A DNA stretch of 59,880 bases, counting the filler, from Candidatus Woesearchaeota archaeon (GTDB lineage: Archaea; Nanobdellota; Nanobdellia; Woesearchaeales; JACPBO01): the NCBI GenBank assembly GCA_016180285.1. It is 3 parts of 3 records of this genome, joined end to end, with 100 filler letters (N's around TTAATTAATTAA, not from the genome) between each part and the next. Parts side by side here need not be neighbours in the genome. Positions count along the whole stretch, not along the records: positions 1 to 16,879 come from JACPBO010000043.1; positions 16,980 to 47,141 come from JACPBO010000044.1; 1 more part is not named here. One strand, given 5' to 3'. The translations under genes and the position numbers were made by a program. The notes under the pieces are model-generated. The model ran no database searches. It was not told the DNA's origin and saw nothing but the letters and a program-made list of their open reading frames with translations. Shown here in pieces: positions 9,300-17,262 of this stretch (position 1 is its first letter; every line of letters starts with the position of its first letter).

Positions 9300-9493
9300 A
9301 AAGAAGTGGATTTTGTTCTGCTATTCGATGAAAAGTATTATCCTTTTGAGGTTAAATATCGATCAACCATTTCTGAGTCTGATTTTTTTGCTTTCAAATC
9401 TTTTAAAAAAGGTGTTCTCATAACAAAAGATGAATTTGGAATATACAGGGACTATGTGAAGATACCTGTTCACTATTCTTATTATTGATATAG
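9300..9493 (+). pseudogene. C-terminal remnant of AAA+ ATPase/DUF4143-type protein
   Basis: KEVDFVL...PFEVKY PD-(D/E)xK-like motif with no ATPase domain; the frame changes to give ...LFLLLI-stop at 9491-9493. Confidence 0.7.
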
Positions 9494-9527
9494 GGGTCGA
9501 TTCGGCTAACAGCGATCGCATATGTGT

Positions 9528-10019
9528 TTATTCTGAAGATTGCTTTCCATTAACTAAGAATATGGCAATCAATACATCCCTTTGATTTCCAATAAAATGG
9601 TACTCATTCTCCGTAACTCTTCGTAGACCTTTTGGTGTATACACAGCCATTCCTTTTGTATCTTCCAACTTTGCTAAATAATCCAAATTATCTATAGAAT
9701 CAATAGGTTGTCTGTATAATGGAATTGGACGAACAGGATCTCGAGATAAATCTAATGTTCTGGCATAAGTTATATTTGCTGCATTTACTGACTCAGGAGA
9801 CCCCCTATGACATGCATCCTCAGGATAATCCCATACTTGAGAATCTTTATCTCTATCAGTCCCCCAAGTTTGAACCCTTTTTGTCCTATCTCCATCATAA
9901 TGCCTAATAATTACATGAGTTCCTTCATATCCTAATTTAGCAAGCCTCAATCTTAATGAAGGAACTAAATCATTCCACGATTCAATTCGTATTGGTTTCA
10001 ATTTAGTATCAAGCACCAT
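9528..10019 (-). CDS. Hypothetical protein
   Basis: 163-aa ORF with upstream TATA-like TTTAAATA; AT-rich codon usage. Confidence 0.7.
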   Translation of the reverse strand: MVLDTKLKPIRIESWNDLVPSLRLRLAKLGYEGTHVIIRHYDGDRTKRVQTWGTDRDKDSQVWDYPEDACHRGSPESVNAANITYARTLDLSRDPVRPIPLYRQPIDSIDNLDYLAKLEDTKGMAVYTPKGLRRVTENEYHFIGNQRDVLIAIFLVNGKQSSE

Positions 10020-10247
10020 ACGATTAAGTATATATTCGCTAGTATTTAAATGTTTCGTTTTGTTACTACTTATTAATGTCTAATAGTGTGCCCCAACCCC
10101 TGATTACTTTAATTGGCAGTGCTTCGCACCACTTTTTATACACAGGCGTTTATGCCGGTTTCCTGATCAACAGACTTTAATGCTACTCATGAAATCGAAA
10201 CACTTATATACTTTAAAGTGAACACTCGTTCATATAAAGGTGAACAT

Positions 10248-10847
10248 ATGTATATCAATAAATCTACAGCTAAAATATTACAATTATTTACTGGTCATAT
10301 AACTGAGTCATTTAGTCTTAGGGAAGCAGCAAGAAGATTAAAGATGCATGTATCCCTTGCGCATCGAGCGATACAGCCATTAATAGATGCTAAGATTGTT
10401 GAGCAAGATAAGCATAAAACTCTTAGCCTAAATTACAGGATTCATCATGAAACTCTTGCTTTTGCTGAATATTTAAGAAGGGATGATTTTCTTCATAGAT
10501 TCAAAGACGTTAAACTTTTTGCAGATGAAATTATTAAAAAAATCGAACAGGACAGTTTTGTTTTGCTTGTTTTTGGCTCATCAATTAAATCAAATAAACC
10601 AAGAGATATTGATATATTGCTAATTGTAGATAGCACTGATAAAATAGAATTCCATGAGAGATTCTTACACAACATTGCATCGAATTATGGCTCGCCATTT
10701 GAAGAGAGAGTTTTAGGATTTGAAAGTGTCTATGAAATGCTTGCTAAGCGTGATGAAAAAAATGTTATGAATGATATATTGAACAAGCACATAATTTTAT
10801 ATGGCGCAGAACTGTTTTACAGGCTGATTCAAAGGGGGAGGTTATAA
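10248..10847 (+). CDS. HTH-fused minimal nucleotidyltransferase (MNT antitoxin)
   Basis: N-terminal wHTH (FSLREAARRL); LVFGSS...DIDILLI Pol-beta NTase motif; RBS AGGTGA. Confidence 0.85.
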   Translation: MYINKSTAKILQLFTGHITESFSLREAARRLKMHVSLAHRAIQPLIDAKIVEQDKHKTLSLNYRIHHETLAFAEYLRRDDFLHRFKDVKLFADEIIKKIEQDSFVLLVFGSSIKSNKPRDIDILLIVDSTDKIEFHERFLHNIASNYGSPFEERVLGFESVYEMLAKRDEKNVMNDILNKHIILYGAELFYRLIQRGRL

Positions 10848-10848
10848 A

Positions 10849-10932
10849 ATGTTAGACGAAAAAAAGCTAAAAGAAGCAGAAAGCAAAGTTAAGCAGTTTA
10901 TAAGTGATTACTATTCATTTTCAGCCCATTGA
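10849..10932 (+). pseudogene. Truncated 5' stub of the presumed cognate HEPN toxin
   Basis: ATG right after the MNT stop; MLDEKKLKEAESKVKQFISD then runs into the antisense of the HxlR-type gene; HEPN identity inferred from position. Confidence 0.5.
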
Positions 10933-11270
10933 ATCAGCGGAATTAGTGCTTTCATTAATCTTCTTCCTCTTTTAGTTAAAGAATACTCAACTCTTGGAGG
11001 AATTTCTGAATAGACTTTTCTCATAACAATTTGCTCTTTTTCCAACTCTTTTAATCTGTCCGTAAGTGTTTTTGCAGTTATGCACTCAAGTCTTCGTTCG
11101 ATGTCATTGAATCTCAATTTCCCAAAATTACCTATCGTTATGATGAGTGAGATGCTCCATTTTTTGCTCAAAAATGCAGAAGCAATTTCAAGAGGACGAG
11201 GACAATATCCTGTAGCTGAACGCATCTTGCAGTCTCTACTTTCTGATTTGTAAGTATTGTTACTTTCCAT
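10911..11270 (-). CDS. HxlR/DUF24 winged-helix regulator
   Basis: YCP...LSKKWS..I, LRFNDIE, KTLTDRLKELE, EIPPRVEYSLT. Confidence 0.92.
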   Translation of the reverse strand: MESNNTYKSESRDCKMRSATGYCPRPLEIASAFLSKKWSISLIITIGNFGKLRFNDIERRLECITAKTLTDRLKELEKEQIVMRKVYSEIPPRVEYSLTKRGRRLMKALIPLIQWAENE

Positions 11271-11353
11271 TTCTAAACCTCTTGATTTAAATAGTTCTCA
11301 TACTATACAATAGAAAGTAGGTATAATATATAAAGTTAATGGAGGTATGTAAA

Positions 11354-11488
11354 ATGGAAAAAAAGAAACAATGTTGCAAAGGGGGCGTTTGCCCATGCTG
11401 CGACTGCTGCATTTGCGTCTGTACGAGAGACTTAGCAAAAACTTTGACACCCGAAGCAAAAAAATTACTTATAGATGCCTTGCAGTGA
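11354..11488 (+). CDS. Cys-rich metallothionein-like small protein (44 aa, 9 Cys)
   Basis: MEKKKQCCKGGVCPCCDCCICVCTRDLAKTLTPEAKKLLIDALQ; strong RBS GGAGGT at 11341-11346; TATA-like TATATAAA upstream; missed by ORF track. Confidence 0.8.
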   Translation: MEKKKQCCKGGVCPCCDCCICVCTRDLAKTLTPEAKKLLIDALQ

Positions 11489-11495
11489 GTCAAAA

Positions 11496-11966
11496 ATGAA
11501 GGAATTATTTGCACCAATCAAAAGAGTACTTGGTAGAAGAGATTATTTTCTTATTTTTGTAGCTTCTGGTCTCTTTTATGGTGTGATTTTTTCTATAATG
11601 ACCAATTTAATAGATGTAAGATTTGGCTTATCTAGCATCAGATTTGCTTTTACTTTGCAAAGTGCATTGTTTTTTATTGTGTTATCTACCTTAGGAGGGC
11701 TGTTAATAGCTTTACAATTGTTTTCATTCCGCGAAAAACGAAAAAATTACACGTCTGCTACAACAGGGGTAAGCGGAATGTTAGTTAGTTTTTTTGCTAC
11801 AACATGTCCATTCTGTAAACCACTTTTAATTTCACTTTTAGGGCTTTCAGGATCAATTGCTATCTTAAAATTTAGTCTAGTTTTGGCGTTTGTTAGCATT
11901 CTTCTGTTACTTGGCTCAATATATCTTACATTAAAAAGCATTTCAAAACGAAGTTGTTGTCAATAA
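11496..11966 (+). CDS. Membrane protein with CPFC motif and C-terminal CC
   Basis: About 4 TM segments, ATTCPFCKP, ends SCCQ; starts 7 nt after the Cys-rich ORF stop. Confidence 0.8.
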   Translation: MKELFAPIKRVLGRRDYFLIFVASGLFYGVIFSIMTNLIDVRFGLSSIRFAFTLQSALFFIVLSTLGGLLIALQLFSFREKRKNYTSATTGVSGMLVSFFATTCPFCKPLLISLLGLSGSIAILKFSLVLAFVSILLLLGSIYLTLKSISKRSCCQ

Positions 11967-12096
11967 AATCTCTGCATAGCAGACTATCTATCTGTAGGAT
12001 TAAGGAAATCCCTCTATAAAATTTCTTTTTCACAGAAAAAGGCTAAATGTCCGAAGGACTAAAGGCGGAAACCCCCCGTTATAATTCTACACGACG

Positions 12097-12124
12097 ATTG
12101 AATATAACAATTGTTAAACGAACA
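12097..12124 (-). other. dif/Xer-like recombination site (right)
   Basis: Minus strand TGTTCGTTTAA-CAATTG-TTATATTCAAT; 7/11 and 9/11 matches to the E. coli dif XerC and XerD arms. Confidence 0.65.
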
Positions 12125-12155
12125 ACCAAAAATCAACTACTAGATCCCATTTTAT

Positions 12156-13757
12156 CTACCACGCAAGCATTGAATGCGCTTTCTTGAAGTTTTTGTAGCA
12201 GTTCCATATTGCGCTTATGCTGTGCTTGAGCGCTGTTTCGCGTGTTTTTTCAATATCATATTCTTTCGGTCCTTTTTTCTTATCGCCGGATATTGGCAGT
12301 TTTCCAAGCGATCCAAAAAGCTCGCCAAATCCGCCAAATAATGCTGTGAACGGCTCAGCTGCTGTCGGCAGCTTCGGCTTCTCTTTTGATTCTTTCTTCC
12401 CCTCAGGAATCTCTTCCCCGGCTTCTATTAAATATCTCTGCAGCTCTGCCCCCAGCGCTTCCATTGCAGCTTTAACAGACGAATCTATGTCGCCCAATAA
12501 CTCCAAATCCTCCTCTCTTCTCATCCTCTCATAATTTGCAAGCTGCTCATCGGTCCATCCATATCCCCTTACACTCCAGTATAATTGGCCTGCATGTATT
12601 GGCCCCCTCTGATAGCCTTCCTGCTGATAGCTCATCTGCGGCCTTGTCCTGAAATAAAAATGATGCAATGCGCAGGAATTCACGCCATCCTTAAACGGCC
12701 TCACTGCAATAAACTCTATTTCAATTACTGAACCTTCAAAAGCGCTTATCAAATCAACACTCTCTGCCTTTTTCTGGTCAAGCTGCAGTCTTTTTATGTT
12801 GACGAGATAAGGCTTAACCCATGACATGTACATATCGATGACATCCTTGTGCTGCCTCAGATATTGCAGCGTAAACCTTCTCCTTGTCATCAGCTCCTGA
12901 AAAGTTCTTTCCTTCCATTCGATATAAGTTTTTAACTTTCTTTTCAGCACTTCTTTTACTTTCCTGTTAAACTGCAGGCTGTCAACATATTTATCAACTT
13001 CCAATGATTTCAAGGCAGTGGGGGCGGCAAAAAAGATGTCAGGCAGCGTTGTGAATCCAATCTCGCGCGCAAGCCCGAATACAGATCCGGGATTCTTTGC
13101 CCCGCCTTCAACTAAGTCAATCCAGTATCCTTTTAGGCTTATCTCTGCTGCCTCGCTTTTCTCGCCTCTTAAGCCGTAGCTGTCGCGGTAAAGGTCCAGC
13201 CTTTCATCTATGATTCTCATCTCCCTAACCATCTGGAACAAATCCTTAACAAGCTTTCCGACTGTCGCTAATAATCCGCTTATCCTGTCCTGCTGCAATC
13301 CAAGCCTTTGCTGCGCCACTCCAAAAAATGCAGACTGCTCTGATGCTGTGAAGACATCGATTATTTTTATAAACTTGGGATAGCCGTAATCAAATTTCAT
13401 GTAATTGAGAATCCAGTAATAGCTCTCTTCTATCGAGTGGTTGAATTTCTCGTAAACCAATTTATAGCGGTGCGGAGGCGCAGGATATCCTGTTTTCTGA
13501 GTGTCAATTTTTGTGCTTTTTTGAGGGGATAATGCTTCTTCATACTTTTCCTCATCAGCATGGCTTTCAACTGCCTTTCGCTCTTCTTCAGAAAGCGATT
13601 TTAAATATGTTTCAAATTCCTTGCTTTTTTTACTTATGGCTGCTGCGTCATCATCTTTTTTTATTATGAATTTCTCATACTTGCTTTTAAAATCGCTTTT
13701 AATAAAGCCGTATTTTATCAGCCTTAATGCAGTTTTTGGATCGCGGTAAAATCCCAT
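12156..13757 (-). CDS. Large helical hypothetical protein
   Basis: Long ORF; probable start ATG 13757 (MGFYRDPK) after AGAGGAAGA; the upstream extension overlaps yhbY. Confidence 0.8.
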   Translation of the reverse strand: MGFYRDPKTALRLIKYGFIKSDFKSKYEKFIIKKDDDAAAISKKSKEFETYLKSLSEEERKAVESHADEEKYEEALSPQKSTKIDTQKTGYPAPPHRYKLVYEKFNHSIEESYYWILNYMKFDYGYPKFIKIIDVFTASEQSAFFGVAQQRLGLQQDRISGLLATVGKLVKDLFQMVREMRIIDERLDLYRDSYGLRGEKSEAAEISLKGYWIDLVEGGAKNPGSVFGLAREIGFTTLPDIFFAAPTALKSLEVDKYVDSLQFNRKVKEVLKRKLKTYIEWKERTFQELMTRRRFTLQYLRQHKDVIDMYMSWVKPYLVNIKRLQLDQKKAESVDLISAFEGSVIEIEFIAVRPFKDGVNSCALHHFYFRTRPQMSYQQEGYQRGPIHAGQLYWSVRGYGWTDEQLANYERMRREEDLELLGDIDSSVKAAMEALGAELQRYLIEAGEEIPEGKKESKEKPKLPTAAEPFTALFGGFGELFGSLGKLPISGDKKKGPKEYDIEKTRETALKHSISAIWNCYKNFKKAHSMLAW

Positions 13758-13803
13758 TCTTCCTCTTGAATATTGTTTGTCTTTTTGTTTATATAGTTTT
13801 GTT

Positions 13804-14052
13804 TTATTGTTTTTTGCATAAAGTGACTGTAAAGCCTGCAATCTGCACAATTTCTGAGCCTGTCTTTTCAGCCAGTTCTTTTGCAGCATTTTTTTTGTCT
13901 TTGTCTGCAATAAACGGCTTCAGCATTTTTACTTTAATCAGTTTCTTATCTTTAAGCTGCCTTTTTATTTCATTCATAATGCCTTCTGTCAATCCGTTCT
14001 TGCCGATTCTTACTGCAGCTTCAAGGTTTTTTACCTTATCTTTCAAGCTCAT
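13804..14052 (-). CDS. yhbY: YhbY/CRM-domain RNA-binding protein
   Basis: VRIGKNGLT...EIKRQL..KKLIKVKM...VQIAGFTVTL. Confidence 0.9.
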   Translation of the reverse strand: MSLKDKVKNLEAAVRIGKNGLTEGIMNEIKRQLKDKKLIKVKMLKPFIADKDKKNAAKELAEKTGSEIVQIAGFTVTLCKKQ

Positions 14053-15617
14053 TTTGCATGCTCCGGATGCTCATGACCCAGCTTCTTTCTCTCTTTCAGC
14101 TCTTCTATGTGCCTCATTTTTATTTCAAAAATGCTTCTTAAGTCAGCTGAAAATTTCTCAATAAGCAGCGAAACATGCTCTCCGCCGAGGAAATGCGGCA
14201 GTATGACATAATCCGCTCCGGCATCATAAAGCTCTAAAGCGTCATCAACATTGTTTGCTGTGACAAAAATAATTGCCTTTTCATTTGATTCCCTTGCCTT
14301 TCTTATGATAAGAAGGTTGTCAAACTTGTCCGGGACAGTTGAAATTGACGGCTTCGCAGGGGCCAAGGGCCCCGGCTGTTTGACAAAGGGCTTCCACTTG
14401 GCTTCTTTCCAGCCCGAAAACATTTTCAATATGTTAGGCTCTTCTTCATATCTCACAAATACGCTGTAAAAGTTAAGCAAATGCCCGATTTTTTCATAAA
14501 GGAAATTATCAAACTTTATGAAGTAAGATGTGAAAAGCATTGTTGCAGTTGCAAGCACCACCGCCATTGAGAAGAGCGCATTGCTTATATGGCCCAGTAA
14601 TACGCCCTGCATCGCTATTATCAGCGAGAATTCGCTTGTCTGCGCCAGCGATATTGCTGCAATAAAAGACGGCCTTTTTTTATATCCGAAAATGCTGCAT
14701 ATCGTTATTGTTAGTATGGGCTTGACGATCACTATTGCAAGAATCAATGCTATAAGGAGCGGCAGCATGGGCATTATTGTTCCAGGTAATATCTGCAATC
14801 CAAGCGAAACAAAAAATATTGTGGAAAAGAAATCCTTTAATGATTTTATTTTGCCTGCTATTTCTATTGAATAATTTGTATTTGCAAGCGCAATGCCTGC
14901 AGTGAATGCCCCTATCGCTATTGAAAACCCAAGATAGCTGAACAGTATTGAGAATGCAAATGATGTTGCCAATGCCCCTAAAAACAGTATTTCCTGTGTT
15001 TTTGCAGCAAATTTGAACAGGTAAGGCAGCGCGTATTTGCTTGCGGCCCATGAAATCGCAAAAACAGCCAGCCCTTTCAAAGTTGAAACTGCAATATCAT
15101 ACACTCCAAAATGCCCGAGATTCTGTATTATTGACAATGCAAATATTGCAACAATATCTTCCATGAGCAGTATCCCTATTATGATTCTGCCGTGCAGAGT
15201 TTCGATTTCACCCTTATCAGCCAATAGCTTTATGACAACCATTGTTGAGCTGAATGCTATGATTAGTCCGAGATACAGGGGATCAAAGCTTTTAAATCCG
15301 AAGAGAAATGCAATTAAAAATCCCAGGCCGAACAATGCAGCCATCTGGATTAATCCTCCTGCTGTGCATACTAATGCAACATTCTTAAGCTTCTTGAAAT
15401 CCATCTCTAAGCCCACAATGAACAATAAGAAAGCTATGCCGATCTCTGATAATGTTGCTATTGATTCATTGTTCACTATAAGCCCTAAAACAGGGCCTAG
15501 AACAATTCCCCCGATCACATATGCCGGAATCAAAGGCTGCTTTATCAGCCTTGCCAAGAAGGCTCCAACTGCCGCCACAATGATTATTGCCCCGATATCA
15601 ATGAATATGTTCTGCAT
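14049..15617 (-). CDS. Kef-type CPA2 cation:proton antiporter, RCK domain partly missing
   Basis: IGIAFLLFIVGLE, SSTMVVIK, GILLMEDI, AQTSEFS; C-terminal LYDAGADYVI. Confidence 0.88.
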   Translation of the reverse strand: MQNIFIDIGAIIIVAAVGAFLARLIKQPLIPAYVIGGIVLGPVLGLIVNNESIATLSEIGIAFLLFIVGLEMDFKKLKNVALVCTAGGLIQMAALFGLGFLIAFLFGFKSFDPLYLGLIIAFSSTMVVIKLLADKGEIETLHGRIIIGILLMEDIVAIFALSIIQNLGHFGVYDIAVSTLKGLAVFAISWAASKYALPYLFKFAAKTQEILFLGALATSFAFSILFSYLGFSIAIGAFTAGIALANTNYSIEIAGKIKSLKDFFSTIFFVSLGLQILPGTIMPMLPLLIALILAIVIVKPILTITICSIFGYKKRPSFIAAISLAQTSEFSLIIAMQGVLLGHISNALFSMAVVLATATMLFTSYFIKFDNFLYEKIGHLLNFYSVFVRYEEEPNILKMFSGWKEAKWKPFVKQPGPLAPAKPSISTVPDKFDNLLIIRKARESNEKAIIFVTANNVDDALELYDAGADYVILPHFLGGEHVSLLIEKFSADLRSIFEIKMRHIEELKERKKLGHEHPEHAK

Positions 15618-15670
15618 TATTTGCTGCCTCTTTTTTAAGTAAAGTTTCTAAATGTTTTATTTATTTGCAT

Positions 15671-15784
15671 GAAAAAATCCAGCCAACCATGGTGCCTACG
15701 GATATGCTCACTGCGTTCGCATATCCTACACGACATCCCGAAGGGACAACCCCTGTCGTGTCGGCACCATGGCTGGATTTTTTC
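15671..15784. repeat. Branched palindromic element (REP/MITE-like or structured RNA)
   Basis: 22-bp outer stem with a 4-nt bulge plus two inner 8-bp hairpins. Confidence 0.8.
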
Positions 15785-15818
15785 TTTTTTGAACGTGGAT
15801 GTGGATTTGCCTGACATT

Positions 15819-15962
15819 TTACCTCTTTATTTTTAGTAAAAATCCTTCTTTGTGCTTTTCAAATTCGATCTTCTGGCCTTTGTCCAGATGCTCGTATTCA
15901 GCAAGGACTTTAGGTATTGTTATTATTAACTGCCCTGACTGGAGTTTTTGGATCTTCACCAT
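15819..15962 (-). CDS. AbrB/SpoVT-like small DNA-binding protein
   Basis: MVKIQKLQSGQLIITIPKVLAEYEHLDKGQKIEFEKHKEGFLLKIKR; not in ORF track. Confidence 0.8.
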   Translation of the reverse strand: MVKIQKLQSGQLIITIPKVLAEYEHLDKGQKIEFEKHKEGFLLKIKR

Positions 15963-16162
15963 ACTATTATTTTTAATGTTATTTTTGATGTTTTAAGGTA
16001 TGTTTTAAATGATTATTATATTAATAGTATATAAAGCTTTTGATTTTTAAGCAAAGCGAGAAAACCAAAAGCTAGGAATGAAATGACTCTGGTTGCGGTT
16101 TTGATTAGTATTTACTTAATAATAGTTACAAATAGAAAGATTTAAATATTGATCGGGCATTC

Positions 16163-16375
16163 TTGATGTATATTTTATACATCAAAAGGGGTTCTATAGA
16201 TATACAGATAGTTCAAAGGTTAAAATTGAAGAATAAACAATTTGTTTTGACCAAAAGAATAGCCAAGCATGGCAGGCAGAACATAATAGTTATTCCTTCA
16301 TTCTTGCAGGATGAATTAAAGCCAAAGACTATTGTTAAGCTGACGATTGATGTGGTAAGAGAGGGCAAAAACTAA
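16163..16375 (+). CDS. Small AbrB-fold-like protein (start uncertain)
   Basis: LTKRIAKHGRQNIIVIP..L..ELKPKTIVKLTI swapped-hairpin-like pattern. Confidence 0.5.
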   Translation: MMYILYIKRGSIDIQIVQRLKLKNKQFVLTKRIAKHGRQNIIVIPSFLQDELKPKTIVKLTIDVVREGKN

Positions 16376-16879
16376 TGAGCTCACATATAACTTCAAATCA
16401 AAAAACAGTAGATGAGATAGTGGACTTTATACTAGAACATGAAGGCCCAGATTTAGATAGAAGAGCGCGTCCTGAAAAAAAACAAGTTCGATATGTAGAT
16501 TTAGACGAAGCACTGAATATGATTCATAAAGAAGGGCTTCTGCCTGATTTAAGAACTTATCATTTCAATCATGTTTTGGGCATCTGGATTACAGATAAAA
16601 GCAATAGCAATCCTTTAGGAAGGGAGCTAACAGGACAATTAATAGAAAGCCTAAAGCAAAGGTATGGTTCTTTGATTGAGGTTGTAAAGAATATTAAACA
16701 AGATGATTTCTATAAAGAACAGTTTGAATTTAAAAATAAAAATGGTGTAATAAGATACAGTCTATGGTCAATGTTAACCTGTGTTTATGCAGCTTCTCCA
16801 AGCGCAGCAGTAGTGGACTGGATAAAAAACAATCCTGATGAAGAGATAAGAAAAGAGTATGCTGGTATAAGACCATGGC
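16375..16879 (+). CDS. Hypothetical protein, truncated by gap
   Basis: Open frame to the N-gap; TAATG coupling to the upstream ORF. Confidence 0.65.
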
Positions 16880-16979
16880 NNNNNNNNNNNNNNNNNNNNN
16901 NNNNNNNNNNNNNNNNNNNNNNNTTAATTAATTAANNNNNNNNNNNNNNNNNNNNNNNNNNNNNNNNNNNNNNNNNNNN
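16880..16979. other. Artificial contig-join spacer
   Basis: N run with central TTAATTAATTAA (stops in all six frames). Confidence 0.97.
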
Positions 16980-17244
16980 AGAAAAACTGGAGGGCTCTGA
17001 ATGGGATAATATTGAAGTGATAAGTGATGGTGCAAATAATATCTATGCTTACAAATTCAACAGAAAAGATTTAGGCAAACCTGTTTATGTTGCATGGAAG
17101 GATGATTTTGGAGAAGAATCAAAACAGGAAACAGCAGCTCAGAAGCCAGAAGCAAAAAGCGGAGCAAAAGGCAAATGCGGGGATGGGGTATGCGGGCCAG
17201 TTGAAAAGGCAAATCCAGAGGTATGCCCGCAGGACTGCAAATAA
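16980..17244 (+). CDS. 3' part of a probable surface protein with C-terminal CGDGxC...CPQDC motif
   Basis: CGDGVCGPVEKANPEVCPQDCK; 5' end lost in gap. Confidence 0.7.
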
Positions 17245-17262
17245 AAGAGGAATGAAAATAAT

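Larger units (their letters stand above)
9158..12124. mobile_element. Small accessory island bounded by inverted dif-like sites
   Basis: 16-bp perfect inverted repeat 9160-9175/12107-12122; AT-rich cargo, gene remnants, no own recombinase. Confidence 0.5.

Noticed and set aside
11287..11517. 76-aa minus-strand ORF
   Set aside because: Antisense to the Cys-rich peptide, which has the clear RBS and operon context.
13758..13910. N-terminal extension of the 584-aa ORF
   Set aside because: Overlaps yhbY in another frame; ATG 13757 has the better RBS.
15671..15784. tRNA, SRP RNA or hammerhead ribozyme identity for the palindrome
   Set aside because: No T-loop/anticodon cloverleaf, no SRP helix-8 motif, no CUGANGA/GAAA core.
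15635..15817. 60-aa ORF with Cys/His residues
   Set aside because: Most of it is read through the palindromic element, so the composition is probably incidental; only the start context looks genuine.
16880..16979. TTAATTAATTAA palindrome inside N runs (also 47142-47241)
   Set aside because: Artificial six-frame-stop linker used to concatenate contigs; the ORF-track call 16375..16935 reading through it is an artefact.
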